Assembly: GCA_964016885.1 (NCBI GenBank)
Contig: OZ024744.1
Location: forward strand, 35,526,001 to 35,590,000
Length of the DNA stretch: 64,000 bases
Source: Eledone cirrhosa
Lineage: Eukaryota
Direction of reading: 5' to 3'
Shown: in pieces, positions 13,006-27,035 of the stretch
Layout of the letters: every line of letters starts with the position of its first letter
Position numbering within the stretch: the stretch's first letter is position 1
Notes under the pieces: model-generated
Told to the model about the DNA's origin: nothing
Database searches by the model: none
The model's input: the letters and a program-made list of their open reading frames with translations, nothing else
Made by a program: the position numbers and the translations under genes

Positions 13006-14419
13006 TTTTAGAGAAAAGCAGTCACTATTATTGTCAATTTCAAGTCAGCCCTGATTGAACAAGCCCATGGTTAAGTGGGTTCTACCCATGACTAGACCCA
13101 TCTTTTTGTATATTTATAATGACATTTTCCAACTTGACCTTCCTTTTATTAAGTAATAAGGTGTGATTTGAAGGATATTTTGTTACTATCTCTAGTTACT
13201 CATTGGATTGTGTTGATGCTTCCTAGGTTGTTGATGTTGTTGTTGTTCTGGACAGCTCTGATCAAGCAGACCTCTGATCAAAGCCCATGACCATTCTGTC
13301 TTTATTACAGACTTCATTACTGATTGTGTTCGGCAGTGGGTTGGCAACATGCTTTTCAGCATATATGGCCCTTTACATTCTGAGTTCAAATCTTGCCGAG
13401 GTTATCTTTACCTTTCATCATTAAGGTAGATAAAATAAAGTACCTGTAATGCACTGGGGTCGATTTAATCGACTTTCCCTTCCCCCAAAATTGTTGGCCT
13501 TGTGTCTAAATCAAAAACCATTATTGATTGTGTTCTTTCTTTTTTAAGATGATAGGATCTAATTTTAGAGAGATTTGGCTATTATTTTTAACAGGTACAT
13601 CACATGGAGACTCACTTGATGTAGTAGTGGAAATATGGTGGTTGTAGTTCTGTGGTGCCTGTATTGATGATAGAACTAATGGTTTCGGATTCAGGACTTC
13701 AAGGCCAGCAATTTGAAGGGATGGGAAAGTCTATTAAATCAACCTCAGTGTGTTACTGGTATTTTATTTTAATGACTCTGTCAAAATGAAAAGCAAAGCT
13801 AACCTTGGTAGGATTTGAACTCAGAACGTAAAGGGCTGTAACTATATGCTACACAGCATGTTGTCTGGAGCCCTACCAATACTGCCAATCTACTGCCTTA
13901 TTAACGATAGAAATAATATTGACTGTTCTGGTGAGAGCAGTAGACTTGTGGTGCTTTTTGTAGTTTAGCCCTAGGTAGGTCGGTTATAGAATTGCTGGCA
14001 CATAATGGCAAGCTGCATTCTAAAGTCCTTACAAGTACAATTTTAAAAATCTTTTCACAAAGAGAGAAAATAGCACTCAGTCCACCTTGAAAAGTAGGGG
14101 TGCTAACACCACAATAAAAAGCACCAGGTGCATCCTGTAAAGTGGTGCTGTTGATACCATAACAAAAAGTATCCAGTCCACCATATAGTGATGGTGCTGG
14201 TACCACCACAAAAAGCATCCAGTCCACCCTGTAAGGTAGTAGTAGTGTTGGAAACATAATAAAATGCTCCCAGTACACTTTGTGAAGTGGTTGGTGTTAG
14301 AAGGGCATCCAGCCATAGAAACCATGCTCCATGTACATGCAGTACAGTAGTTGGCATTAGAAGAGTGATGGTGCTGGTGCCACAACAAAAACGTGCCCAG
14401 TCCACCCTGTTCATCATCA

Positions 14420-15070
14420 TGTGATGGCCTCAGCCGAAATCGACTCAACACCTGATCTCCATGTGGATCTGTCATTCATTGTCAAGTCCTGGATTTCAAT
14501 ACCAGAATCTCTGGAAATGACATCAGGATAGGAGAGCTTGTGCCCCCTGTTATTAGTGACTGCTTGTGGTTTCCAAAGCACTAGTGGGGACACAGCCTCA
14601 TAGGTGGCACGATGGCAGTGGCCAGCGAATCTTACTCTGTTTTTACATACAACAGTTATGCATGGGAGGCCGGTATATATCTCTCTCTAAGTCAGATGTC
14701 AACAGCTTATGTTCTGAATGTGTCAAAGCAGGCGCTTTTGTTGTTTCGATTAAAGCCTCCATGTTTCACTTCCACATAGTAAGATTGGTTGAATTGTTAC
14801 TTGGAAGAGTCTTATTTTGGTGTGGTTGCAAAGATTTGAGCACCAAACTTGATCCATCTTGTTGCAAGCTGACCATGCTTGGGCCTTTCTGGTGGTGAAA
14901 TCTTTCTCAGGGTCCATGATCCAGGACCCAAGATACTTGAAATCCTCGATTTGCTTGATATCACTGCCGTTGATTGCTTTGCAGATAACATTGCGCTTCT
15001 TGCAGATTGCCTAGAACTTTTGCCATCTCTTCAGGAAGCAGCTGCCCTTGTTGGCTTTAATCTCATGGGG
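14420..15070 (-). mobile_element. Old LINE RT fragment (RTE-like)
   Basis: IEDFKYLGS motif on the - strand near 14925-14950; heavily degraded. Confidence 0.5.
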
Positions 15071-15408
15071 GTAAAACAGAGTACTTATCAAACTGTACTG
15101 GCAACGACATCAAAGCAATCCACGCTGGTACTACAACAAAAAAGCTCCCATTCCACCCTGTTAGGTTGTTGTACTGGTACCACAATGAAAAGCTCCCAGT
15201 TCATGCTGTTATGTTTGGTGTTTGGAAGAACATCCAGCCATAGAAACCAATTCAAAAACTAATCATATGGATAAGACATGCTCATTTGATCAGTCTGTCC
15301 TTTCTACATGATAATGATGATGATCGTTATTGTGCTTATTACAATATACAAGCTAAAAGTACAATTCTAACACAGCATCAGTTTCATATCAATCCATGAA
15401 TATAACTG

Positions 15409-15421
15409 TGAGAGAGAGAGA

Positions 15422-15462
<41 letters not shown>

Positions 15463-15551
15463 ATGGAGAAAGAAGGTAAGAAAGAAAGAGAGTAGGGAGA
15501 GAGAGAGGAGGTAAAAAAGAAAGAGAGAGTATGGAGAAAGAGAGAGAGATG

Positions 15552-15584
<33 letters not shown>

Positions 15585-15625
15585 GGAGATATAAGGGAGA
15601 GAGAGAAGAGAGAAAGAGAGAGATT
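15409..15625. repeat. (GA)n-rich microsatellite
   Basis: Direct reading. Confidence 0.95.
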
Positions 15626-15788
15626 GACTGTATCCTACATTACTGGCAATGATGTCAACATATCTTTGTTACAAACTAAGTAAAAGATAAATGGATGAAA
15701 GAAAGTCTGAAATATTCTATTGATCTCCTGAAATTTAATGAATATCAAGAAATTTTCGTATCTTACTTTGATTTCCTTTTATTTATTA

Positions 15789-18700
15789 CTACTGTTGCCC
15801 GGGGTTTAATTGCTTTAAAGTACTCTTAATGATTCCACTCAATTATGATTATTGAGGCAAAGATTGATATAAGTTCCCGCCCAACCAATCGATTCGCAAC
15901 GTGTTAGAAAGCCCTGCAAAGGGCTTTGCAACACTCTTAGAAGAGGGTAACAATTGCATGTGAGGTGGCCCTGAAAAGGGCCGTGTTATCGTTCTCACAA
16001 TGATAACAATTTGGTAGGAAGTCCTGGAAAAGGGTGTAAAGCAGGTGAATAGGGCCTCTTCCTCTTCCACCAACGGCAGTGGACGTGCTGTGAAAACAGA
16101 TTGGATGCCCAATGGAGGAAAGAGGGGGAATAAGCATGTGTAAGTAAATACGGTTAAGTTTGAAAATATACAACAATAGCATCTACTCACCATATGTCAG
16201 ACCGGCAAGACTGTAGTGGTGCTGAATAGAGGAGTCACCACACCTCTCTGTAGACCACATCTTTTGTTCTGCCTTTGGGCGCAAGTATGAATAAGTTCTG
16301 CTTGCATCCGACTCTTGAGCATGCGACGTATAATTGGCCATGTGAGAAGCACGGCTGGGCTAAATGGAGGCATGCCGTTGTTAGCGTTTGGCCTTGGGAC
16401 CTGTTGATTGACATCGCGAAGCAAAGTATAACGGGGAATTGAAGTCGGTGCAGAGTACAGGGGCATTCCGTACCTGATGGAGTTAATGGTATTCTGGGTA
16501 TGAAGACGTTTTCTCCAGCGCCGCAGCCCGTGAGAATTGTGGCTTTAATTACATGCGGCAGGAGGTTCTTACCACTAACCGTGTTCCGTTGCAGAGACAT
16601 GGTGGTTCCAGGTTTCTCAACAGCATCACTGGAGTCCCAACTTTGATGCGCAGTTCATGAGGTGGCAGTCCGGAGAGGTCCAAGGAATTGAGGAATTCTG
16701 TGGGAAAATCGTCAACCTCATCTTTGTCCACAACTGTGTCCACAGATTTGTAGGTACGGAGGTTTCCAGGAATGCATTGCAGAAGGTCCTCATTGATTTT
16801 TGCAACAGACATTTTTGGGTGCCATTATGGCTCTATCGCACAGCCAACTCGTGTTTTTGTAGTTGATGGCCATATCGGGAAAGACAGAGGCTGTGAGGTC
16901 ATCAACAGTGTCGACAACGGTGCCTACTTGCGAGACTGCCATTTCTCCAGCTGCATCTGAAGGTGCAGTGCCATCACCAACTGTTAAGAGGTCCTTCGAG
17001 AAGTTGGCTGATAAGTGGTCATCGAACAGTTGGGCTCTCATGCTTGTTGTGAGGGTCAGGATTGTCACTTCCTGCCACAGGGGAAATGACTTAATGCAAG
17101 CCACCACAGTGTCTAACCCTGGTGGCTTTTGGAACAACTGAAAGAGTTTGTCGAAAATTGCCAGACAGCAGTAGAGGTACTCCTCCCATCGGCCAGTTGC
17201 ATTCCCTGATGTCTCGTAGGGTCCTGTCTAATGCATCAAGGGACCCTTTATGGGCCATTGTGCATTTGTCCCACACAATTAGCTGGCATCTTTTCAAGAC
17301 TTCTGCTTTGTCAGAGTCCTTGGTGATATTGCAGTTTATTGTGTCGTCTGAAGTCGTGTTGAATGGTAGTTTAAATGGGGAATGAGCTGTCCTACCTCCG
17401 GGCAGCAGAGTTGCGGCAATCCCAGAAGAAGCCACAGCCAGGGCGATTCCTTTTTGCTGTTGCACTTTGGCGAGGAGGATTTTAGTGACGAATGTTTTAC
17501 CAGTTCCTCCTGGGGCGTCCAAAAAGAAGATACCTCCTGTGCATTGATGAATGGAAGTGCAAACTGTGTCATATGCCCGCCGTTGGTCCTGCAACAATTT
17601 CGGCTCATTTTCGTTGATGAACAGTTCGAGGGCGTCGACGTCGTAGGCAGTTTCTTGAATTATGCCCGTCGGAAGTTTGTCCGAGCCCGTTCACTGAACT
17701 TTTGGCAGTCCATAAAATGGAAGGTCATTTCTGCTGGCAGTTAGGATTTTGTCCTCGATGTCAATGAGAGCTTTGTTGAAGAATTCGTCGCTGAGTCGTA
17801 CGTCGGAATGAGGGAGTAGCAGTTGTCCTTGGTGTATGTATCCATCGGAAAGGTCCTCTTTGTATTTGTTCCATAAGGATACAGGGTCGCTTAACTCGCA
17901 TGTCTGCAGTAGCACCACAAAGAGTTACCGAAGAGTTTGCGCTGAGCGTATTGTAGCTGCCTCCGCCAATGTCGCATCCCACTGAGCGCCATCTTCCAGT
18001 AGACCCCGTCTAAGGCAGGCTGCGCGGAATGAAGTACAAAGCTCTCCGTTGATTGTTTTCAGATCGTCGAAAGATGTCGGTCCTACCACGTCATGCAGTA
18101 GAAGGCGGAGATAAAAGCATTCCTGTTGGTTAGGATGAATGGTGTACACTCTCCCAAGGGTAGGGGACATTTTAATGTCTGGATGTCCCTCGACGGGTTA
18201 TCCTTTCACCCTTCTTAACCAAATTCTGTTGTCTGTGTTCCATGTGTAGTATGATGGCACCTGAGAGTAGAAGATCGTTTTGACGAAGGGATCGTTTCGG
18301 CATAACTTAACAAATGCCGTAAGTGTGGTGCCCTTGGGTTCCTCTGCTATCTCAGCAGCGGTGGAGGTGGTGAAGTAGACTCTTTGACCGTTTTCAAGGT
18401 GCACCGCCAACTGTTTGATTGGGGGGTAGTTATGGTGTATTGCAAAGTGGAAGAATCGCCAGAAGGCTTCATTGCTGCTGATGTATCGGCCGACCTGGTA
18501 TCGAGTTACTTCGTCTCGGTTGTTCTCCATTGTAAGACCAAAGGACGCAGCATCGGACCCCTTATTGATACACTTGCAGACGTACTTTATCGATTTGACG
18601 GAGTGGCAGTATTCAACGTTAATGTGGGGGTTAAACAATTTAAGCAGAATTGGGCAGTAGGGTACAATCCACCGGTTGTCGATGTTGTGATGTGGTGTTT

Positions 18701-21576
18701 TAGCAACAATTCCTCCGTCCGCTGGCTCCCTGCGGTGGTATAATGGGTAACCGTCGCCACCTGTCTGAGTTTCTCGGAGGAATGGGCTTGGATACCTCTT
18801 GGTTCACCTTTCTTTAATGCATGGCGAATTCATGTTGAAACAGTTTCCGCATGGCCCATGAATCATGTGAGCAGTGACGATGTTGCGGAGTTCTCTCTCC
18901 AATTTTGGGTCGGGTATTTCTGCTGAAATAATGCTGTCAATCCTGGTTGTGTTGATTTTCCTTATCAGCCCAATGAGTAGGTGAGCGTGTGGCAGGCCTC
19001 TCTTTTGCCACTCAACAGTGTATACGTAGCACCTAACAGGTTGAAAGGCCTTACCTGATTTTAGGAGTTCAATAAGTTTTGTCAACTTCAAGTGAAAGTC
19101 TCGTGCCGTAAGGTTGTGTCTGTCTGACGCCATTTGTCCAGGGAATAATTCCGTGGTAATTTCATTCCACTTAGGGTTGTATGTTAAAGTGATGAAGAGA
19201 TCCGGTCTGCCATAGAGACGTACGTCATAGCATCCTGTGTGCGTTCACTCATCTATCGGGGACTCCCAATGAAAGTCGACGGAAGGATACAATCTTTTCC
19301 TAGGTTCTCGGGATCGACGTCATTCCTTACTCCATCCCGTAAGTGAATGTAGCTGTCCGAACGAAGGCGTGCTTGATTGTTCCTTATGTAGCACAGCCTT
19401 TCAGGTTCCATCTTTTCGCACGCATCTACAGCAAGCTGGTTGAAGAGTACTCTTGCACGGTGGAGGTGGTTAAAGCAGCCTTTGCGGACCATGAATCGGT
19501 AGGCGTAGAATTACAGGAAACAGTTTTGTTGCTGTTGCACAAAGGAATTCCAAAGTGGTATCCGTCATCACCGAATGGGAAAAGAAGGAGGTATTGGAAT
19601 GCGTCGTAGGACCTATGCGTCTCGCTGATCCTTTGCAGAGTGTTGTCCCTCTACTGAAGTATGATGTCCCGCTTGTTGTACTGTTCTCCATGAAGAATCA
19701 CAGCTATTTCATTGCACGTGGGAGCGTTAAAATGGCCGTCGTGGGTGCCTGGTGGTTTCCTGTTAGTGTCGATTATAACAGCAAAATTTGGCGCCGGAGC
19801 GGCCTCCAATGTGCATTTAAAACTGTGAATGTAGTTGTTGTTTCCATGCAGCATTCTCTGGAGTTCCAGCAGAATTTTCATCTTTGTGCCAGGCGAAATT
19901 AAAGCGCGTCATTCCGCTTGGTCCAAATAGTCAATGACAAAGTATAGCTGTAGGAACTGGAGCTCTCGTCTGTCCTAGGCAGGAGTGAACCAATCCTGTG
20001 GTAAATTTGTCCTTGAACTTTAAAGGTAGGCATGAAGCCGTCCTCCCGTATCATGTTAGCTCCGAAAGAGGTCATTTGGAAGGCAGCGTTGTATCTCCTG
20101 GAACATCGAAGGAAGTGTTCCGACTCCACTGTGGCACCGGTCAGTAGAGACTTCAAAGGTTGTGGTGGTTCCTGTAGAGGAGGCAGTTTCACTTTGCCAT
20201 CAGAGCAGCACATCCCTGAAGTCTCCCCAGGCCATTTTTTTGCCCGGCAAGATTGGCAAATGATGGACATGGATCCAATCTGAACTTCTGGCAGCAGTGC
20301 ATAGTTTACTGTTGGGTCATAGTGGAAAGCCTTATGAGACCACTGAGTACAACTGATCCTTGGAGTACCTCGTTGAGCACTCCTGCGGAGTTCATTGGCG
20401 TTTAGTCTGTGTAATCAAATTTGCGCAGTCTCTGACGCGTGCACAGAAGCGACATCCGTACATCGGCGTCTGGAACGCTACCCTTCGTCCTCACAAGCAC
20501 ATGACGCAGCAGTTGAGGTGGCATCTCTTCCTCGTCGTCTGGAACGGTGTGCTTCGTCCTCACCAGCACGTGCCACAGCAGTGGAGGCAGCATTTTTGCT
20601 TCGTCATTGAGAATATTGTTCATCAGTTTACGCTGCATGTACAACTGCAGTTAGAAATGCATTGCCGGAAAGGCAAATGCTCCTTTGTTCTTTTGTCTCG
20701 GTTGACCCGGGTAATTGCATTTTGAGTTGCATTTTGTGACAACCGAGTCAAATTCTCGAGGGACGACTCTGTAGCTCTTCTTCGTTTGGCAGCAGAAGCA
20801 GCTTTAGTTTGGCGACTAAGCCGTGGTCTTTTCTTGGGGGGCATGACCGTAGTGTCAAAGTATGTTTTAAAAGTAAGTTTAAAAAGGGAAACAGGAAGTA
20901 CTAATTAAACCGAAGACATGAATATTTATGCAGGTAATGGAGCAAAAAAGGAGGGTAGCAAAAAATTTCAATTGAACAGTGAATAAGTGGAAAGTGAGTA
21001 CTAAGTAAGTTGTAGCAAGAATATACGTCAAATAGTAGGTCAAACCTGTAAGCCAAGCATGTCTGAGTTATAGCACGAAAGAGCGTAAACAGGGGCGATA
21101 ATTTGGAGCACACTGGATAAAAAATCATCAAAATCGGATGTTCCTGAAAAAAGTTTTCTCGCTATTTTTTTTTATCAGAATATTTTATCAGAATATTTAT
21201 ATTACTATTTTTTCTCACATTGCTAAAAAGAAAGAAAAAAAAAATTACAAAAAAGTCAACAACAAAATATAATGTCTTTGTTGAGATTCAAGTAGCGGCG
21301 TCTGTATGTCGGCGTCTGGAACGCTGCCCTTCGTCCTCACCAGCACGTGACACAGTAGTTGAGGCGGCAAGAGAGATTTAGAGCATGTATTTAGTTTTAT
21401 CTATTTTTTTTCATAGAAGCAGGAAATTTTCGGCAAAGTTTATGTCACGTTGACCATCGTCGGTAAATTTGGAGCACATTGGAAAAAAAATCATCAAAAT
21501 CGGTAGAGAAATGTGGAAATGCATAAACATCATACACACACACACAGACAGACATCTTCAGTTTTATATATATAGA
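15789..21576 (-). mobile_element. Near full-length decayed Helitron
   Basis: 5' end A|TCTATATATATAAAAC at 21576; RepHel coding remnants; degenerate 3' end CCCCGGGCAAC-AGTAG|T near 15789-15804. Confidence 0.9.
16235..20844 (-). pseudogene. Helitron RepHel (HUH Rep + PIF1 helicase), multiply frameshifted
   Basis: MPPKKRPRL start; C-x2-C...CCSDGKV zinc region; ILPSTFIGSPR; HUH motif VEWQKRGLPHAHLL; NVEYCHSVKSIKYVCKCINKG; Walker A LDAPGGTGKTF; AVASSGIAATLL.GGRTAHS; LCNGTRL; QFP...FAMSINRSQGQT; HGQLYVACSRV. Confidence 0.92.
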
Positions 21577-22589
21577 TTTTGTGGAGTCTGGAAACTGAAC
21601 TTAGTTTCTGTGTCTATCCATTTGTATTAGTTTTTGTTCTTTTCAATTTTTTGCTAATCTTTCACCCTCCTCCTCCTTCTGTGACACTAGAGCCCTTGCT
21701 TTTCTTTTTTTTTAAAATATATATTTTCTTATTTTACATTCCATTCTTTCTTCTCAATTAACAAAATAAAATTTAATCTGTTTGTTTTACATCATCTGAA
21801 TCTCAAGAAGGATATCAACGCAGTTACGAAATTTATTTCACAAAGGAATTAGAATATGGATGATATTATTTTTTACACATTGTATTTGGAAGATTCCAAA
21901 CACATGTGGGAGGTCCTGTAGAATGTGCTGCCTCAGACATTTCTTCCTTGTTGCCAGTAACTAATCTTTTGATAGCTCTAGCTCTAAACAAACCTACCTT
22001 CTCTCCATTACTCCTCTTCTCCTCTCTTACACACACATATACACAGACATACACATATACACATGTACAAACACTCACATGTACTTATAATATTAGTAGT
22101 CAGTCATATGCCAATAACTTGTTCTCATTCACCTATGCTTTCTTTCTTACTGTCATATAATTATATACTATATAATTATATTTACATATAATTATCTTCT
22201 TCTTTGCCCACTTATTCCTGGGAGGGTCATAAGGGCAGAGTTCTCAAGCACGCCTTCCAGTAGGTCCTGTCAGAAGACACTGTTTCCAATTGATATAGCT
22301 GGATCCCCTAGTGAGACCAGTCAAGTTTCATGCATGGTATACAACCATCTTGCTTAGAGGTCTCCTGCCAGTTGGTTTTACCCATAAAATCTGTCCAGCA
22401 ATTCTTTCCTAAGATATTCTAACCACATACCTGTGATATTGGAGCTGTGATCCCTCAATTTGCAGAAGTAGTGGCTCAAGTTGGAGTGTTTCTATCTAGA
22501 TCAAAGAATCGCACATATAATTACATAATTTATCTAATAATATATTCCATATAATTATAATTACTCTCTTTCCTGTTTGTGTTTTTCAG

Positions 22590-22701
22590 GACTATTGGAC
22601 CCTTAGATTTTGGTTCCTTGGTCGAGCTGATGGAGTTACCAAAAAAAGAGCTTTCACTGATTACTTTCAGGAATTGATGAACCAAGAAGACTTCCCGAAA
22701 A
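22590..22701 (+). CDS. Host gene internal exon A (DYWTLRFWFLGRADGVTKKRAFTDYFQELMNQEDFPK)
   Basis: Polypyrimidine tract + cag acceptor, gtatgt donor, open frame; phase 0 to 1 matches the next exon. Confidence 0.8.
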
Positions 22702-22799
22702 GTATGTCACATGTTTAATTTTTAACCCTTTTCATAACAAACCACTTGAAACTGGCCCTGGTTCTACAATGCAAAACTACTTATTTTAAAGTGTTTATC

Positions 22800-23150
22800 A
22801 TCCTCATCATTATTTTATGTCCGCTTTTCCCTGCTTGCAAGGGTGGGACGAGTACTGATTCTGGCTTGATTTCTATAGCTGGATGCCCTTCCTAACACCA
22901 ACCTCATTTACAGTGAGTGCTGGGTGCTTTTTTCTCTGTAGCGCCTACACGTCCACTTTACAGTGTAGGCTGGGTGCTTTTTTGCCGTGGCACTTCCACG
23001 ACCACTTTGCAGTAGAATGATAGGGACCCCAGCTGAGTAAACTGGAACAATGTGAAATAAAGTGTCTGCTCAAGGAAACAACACATCACCCTGTCCGAGA
23101 ATTGAACTCACAACCTTTCGGTTGCAAGGCCAATGCTCCAACCACGTTCC
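22800..23150 (-). mobile_element. SINE family B (tRNA-derived head, RTE-derived 3' end, (GAT)n tail)
   Basis: In full copies the head is AGCTTAGTGGTTAGAGCATTGGGCTTGCAATC...GAGTTCAATTC, then CCTTGAGCAAGACACTT and GGAAGGGCATCCAGC; the 3' end matches the RTE tail. Copies at about 25190-25505(+), 34965-35300(-), 35505-35835(+), 54820-55200(-), 63535-63863(-). Confidence 0.85.
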
Positions 23151-23718
23151 CTCATTGTTTATATTTATCTAAAATCCTTCCATCAGAATTTTATGTAAGA
23201 ACCTTTAAGTTATGTTCCAGACACCAGCTTGATAATATTTATCTAAAAACCTACCATTAGAATTTTATGTAAGAACCTTTGTAAGCTATGTTCCAAACAC
23301 CAGCTTAATAATGAGTAAGTCAGTTATATTACTAAATCCCTCTAAATACTTTATTATTTTCAAAATTATTTGGAAATCATAGGCAGTATTTTTCATTAGG
23401 AATATGGTAAAGAAATTGTTAATGAAATGCAACAAATGTGGTTTCATTTTTTAACTTTCTCAATTTGGATTTTTCCTCTGACTAATATTCTTCCCTTGGT
23501 TAAAATTCCTTCACTTGGGAGCCTCCTGTTTGAGAATCACTGTTTTATACTCACTGGTAATTCTTCTTGGACAGTTTATCCCATATATATAAGTATAATT
23601 ACTATCCATTTAAAATGGTAATGACTAAAATATTTTCAGAGAGAGCAGAGTTACAAGAATATTTTCCTTCTTGTTTATATATATATCATCATTTAACGTC
23701 CACATTCCCTGCAAGCTA

Positions 23719-23754
<36 letters not shown>

Positions 23755-26089
23755 GGTTCTCAGATAATCGTTCCTCTGCCTTTCCTGCTTATTAATTTTC
23801 AGATTTTTTTCACCATGTCCTGCTCTTATTCCTCACCCCCACTGCTTATTAAATTTTGCTAATCTATCTCTGGCAAAATTTTATTTTAAGTGGTAGCATT
23901 CCTGCAACAATTAATTTTCTTTATTCATTAAAAAACATTATACATAACAAAAAAATAAATTACAAGAAATCCCATGTTATAAAATAAATAAAATGGGTCC
24001 GGTATTTCAATATGTAAACTAAATGACCAATTCTGGTTTATAAAATCAAGGGAGACAACCTAGAAAAATTACCGATTTTCCAACACCCAGTTTATTACCC
24101 TCCCTCTCCTATTATTTGGGACCTGAGAATATATATGTATACATGTATAAATATGTATGTATGTATATATATATATATGCCCACCCAGTGTGTTTTCTCT
24201 CACTCAATCTTGATTTCCATATCCCCCTGCACTGCCTTCATTTGTTTCCTTCCATCCTTCTCATCTGATTCACTCCACCCCCCCCCCCCTGTACTTCACT
24301 GCCCACATAACTGGAGACAGCTTAGGACCTGTTAGACACCTACTACTGCTCTTTGATATTCATCCAGCTACCCACAAGCCCCCATATCCAATGCAAGATG
24401 TGTGTGTGCCTGTAATAGTGTGATAAAAAGGGGTGCTTTTAGTCCTGTATATATCCACTATTTTTATGAACCTACTTCCCTTCCCTTGCATGAGCCCATT
24501 TCTGAATATCAACCCTCAATCCCTCTCCTCAAAATAATTGTCTAGCACAATCCACTACCATACACTTGTTCTCCCAATTTTTCTCTCTTTTCCTCTCTCT
24601 ATCTCATCAACAAAGTTTTAGCTGCTCCATCTCATCATAATCTCCTTATCTCCTCCATTACTGTCGCTATTTGCTCTGTTAAAGATACCATGATTACCAA
24701 AGTCTTAGTGCTTCAATAAAATGAACCTTGTATGTGTCCTGCTGGCTGTTCATGCTAGTGCTGCATTAAAATACATCCAATGCATACTGTAAAGTGGTTA
24801 GTGATAGAAAGTTTATCCAGCTGCACAAACCATGCCAAAGTGGAATGTATAGATATGGACTAGTCCTCAACCCATCTATTCACAGAATATGACAACCTAT
24901 TTAACCAATGCCAGTATAGAAAATGGGTGTAAAACAATGATGACGATAATATATATATAATATATGATAATAAACAAGAAAGATGGTTTCATTTGTACAT
25001 CCCTATCTATTTTGTTATATGTATTTCAAAGACGTGTGGCAATTGTATAACAGCTGCCCTACGTGTTCTCTTCAGACAAAATTCCAAATGAGATGTAAAT
25101 ATCCATTGATATGTTACTGGTCATATGTGTTATTCCCTTCGCCGACCATTAAACATATATACACACACACTTATATATATTTACATACATATGGAGGCAC
25201 AGAAAGGTTGTGAGTTCAATTCTCAGACCGGGTGATGTGTTGTTTCCTTGAGCAAGACACTTTATTTCACATTGCTCCAGTTTACTCAGCTGTAGAAATG
25301 AGATGATAGAGACTAGGGTCCATATTATTCCACTGCAAAGTGGTCGTGGAGGTGCCACGGCAAAAAAGCATCCAGCACTCACTGTAAATGAGGTTGGTGT
25401 TAGGAAGAGCATCCAGCTGTAGAAATCAAGCCTGAATCAGTTCCCGTCCCACCCTTGCAAGCAGGGAAAAGTGGACGTAAAATGATGATGATGATGATGA
25501 TGATGATACACAAACAAATTTGGGAGAGGATGTAAATTTACCATCTTTATAAATGGTTAAAAAATTATTTCCTGGTATAAAAATGTTTAATCATGATTCA
25601 CCTGTTATGATGGTAGAAAGGGATTTATCAACTGGTGTTATTAATGTAATTACTTTTATATCATATAGGTTGAACTTCATTTTATTGGCAGAAGCAATTG
25701 TATGGAGCTCTTTCCCAATTGCTTTAGCCAGCATATTCTCTATAATAAGGATTCACACATTTATATCTGTCTATATATCCCTCTCTGTCTATGTATATAT
25801 GTGTGTGTGTGTACATGTCAACAACCTATACTATCGCTACCCCGATGATATGAGTCTGCACAGCATAGAATAATTGTTTCTACTTTTGGCACAAGGCCAG
25901 CAATTATCCCAGTACATTACCGGTACTTTATTTTACCGACCCCATAAGGTTGAAAGGTAAATTAACCATGGCAGGATTTGAGCTTAGGCCGCAAAGAGCC
26001 ATAACTCTATATGCTGTAAAACATGGTGTTCGACCTTCTACCAATACTGCCAATCCACCACAACATAGAATAATGTTCCCTGACTTGCA

Positions 26090-26450
26090 GAACCCCAGGC
26101 ATAGGTCACCTCGTAATTCTAGCAGACAGAATGGAGAAACTGTTGCCCTGGAAGATAGCGAGTGAGAAGGGTTGAAATAGCCATTCTAACTGATAGGGCT
26201 TACTCCTGCTGGTGGCCAACTCCACCTTGAGAACAGTGAATAGGGAGGTGGAACAGGGACTCAGATTGGCAGAAGACTCTACCACTACAGTTTCAGGCTG
26301 ATACTTCAACAGCTTGCAATCTTCAGTTTTTCGGACAATGAAACCTGCGTATGTCACTGAATGTACCAGTTTGACCCTGGAGAAAGTGTCACAACATGTT
26401 GTATTCCAAATGAGGGACTTACCACTGTGGAACAGGAGGATTGTGATGTC
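26090..26450 (-). mobile_element. CRE-like (RLE-type) non-LTR 3' fragment
   Basis: LEWLFQPFSLAIFQGNSFSILSA; a second copy at 52100-52260 reads LEWLFQRVSLAVLRGNAFSILSA, resembling the QR.S.A..RGNA C-terminus of CRE-clade ORFs. Confidence 0.55.
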
Positions 26451-26685
26451 ATCTGGCCTTTTGGCTGCTGTCCCCTCGACACACCAACACTATGTGCTTA
26501 CAAAAATGATCTACAGTTTCCATTTAGAATTTATAGAACACAAATGTATGATAAAATAAGGGACTGGCAAATGTTCTAAAATGTATTTTCTGTCAATGAT
26601 ATTATCTATTTGTCTCCCTCATCACTATCTATATATCTCTCTCTATCAATGTGTGTGTGTGTGTGCGCGCGTGTGTGTATATATA

Positions 26686-27035
26686 TAATAATAATAATAA
26701 TGAAATTATTGTGTACAGTGCTCAGGTGCACTACAACTCATCAAAGGTGCATGTATAGTACATAGAATAATGTACAAATGTCAGGAAAATAAACAGTGTA
26801 TGAGTCATGATATAATAACAATAACAATAATGAAATATTGTGCACAGTGCCCAGGTGCACCACAACCCATCAAAAAAGTGCATGTACAGTACATAGGGCA
26901 ATGCACAAACATCAGTAAAATGAACAGTGCACACATGTGTGCATGTGTATGGAAGGGGCACATCAGGTGTAGTTTTGGCGTATTTCGGGAAGCATGAGTG
27001 TCTTAAAGGATGCAGTGTCTCGGCAGCTAACAATT
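26686..27035 (-). mobile_element. CR1 3'-end fragment
   Basis: Nearly identical to 8790-9148. Confidence 0.9.

Noticed and set aside
21790-21990. Possible additional host exon
   Set aside because: No acceptor/donor pair with an open frame compatible with exon A.
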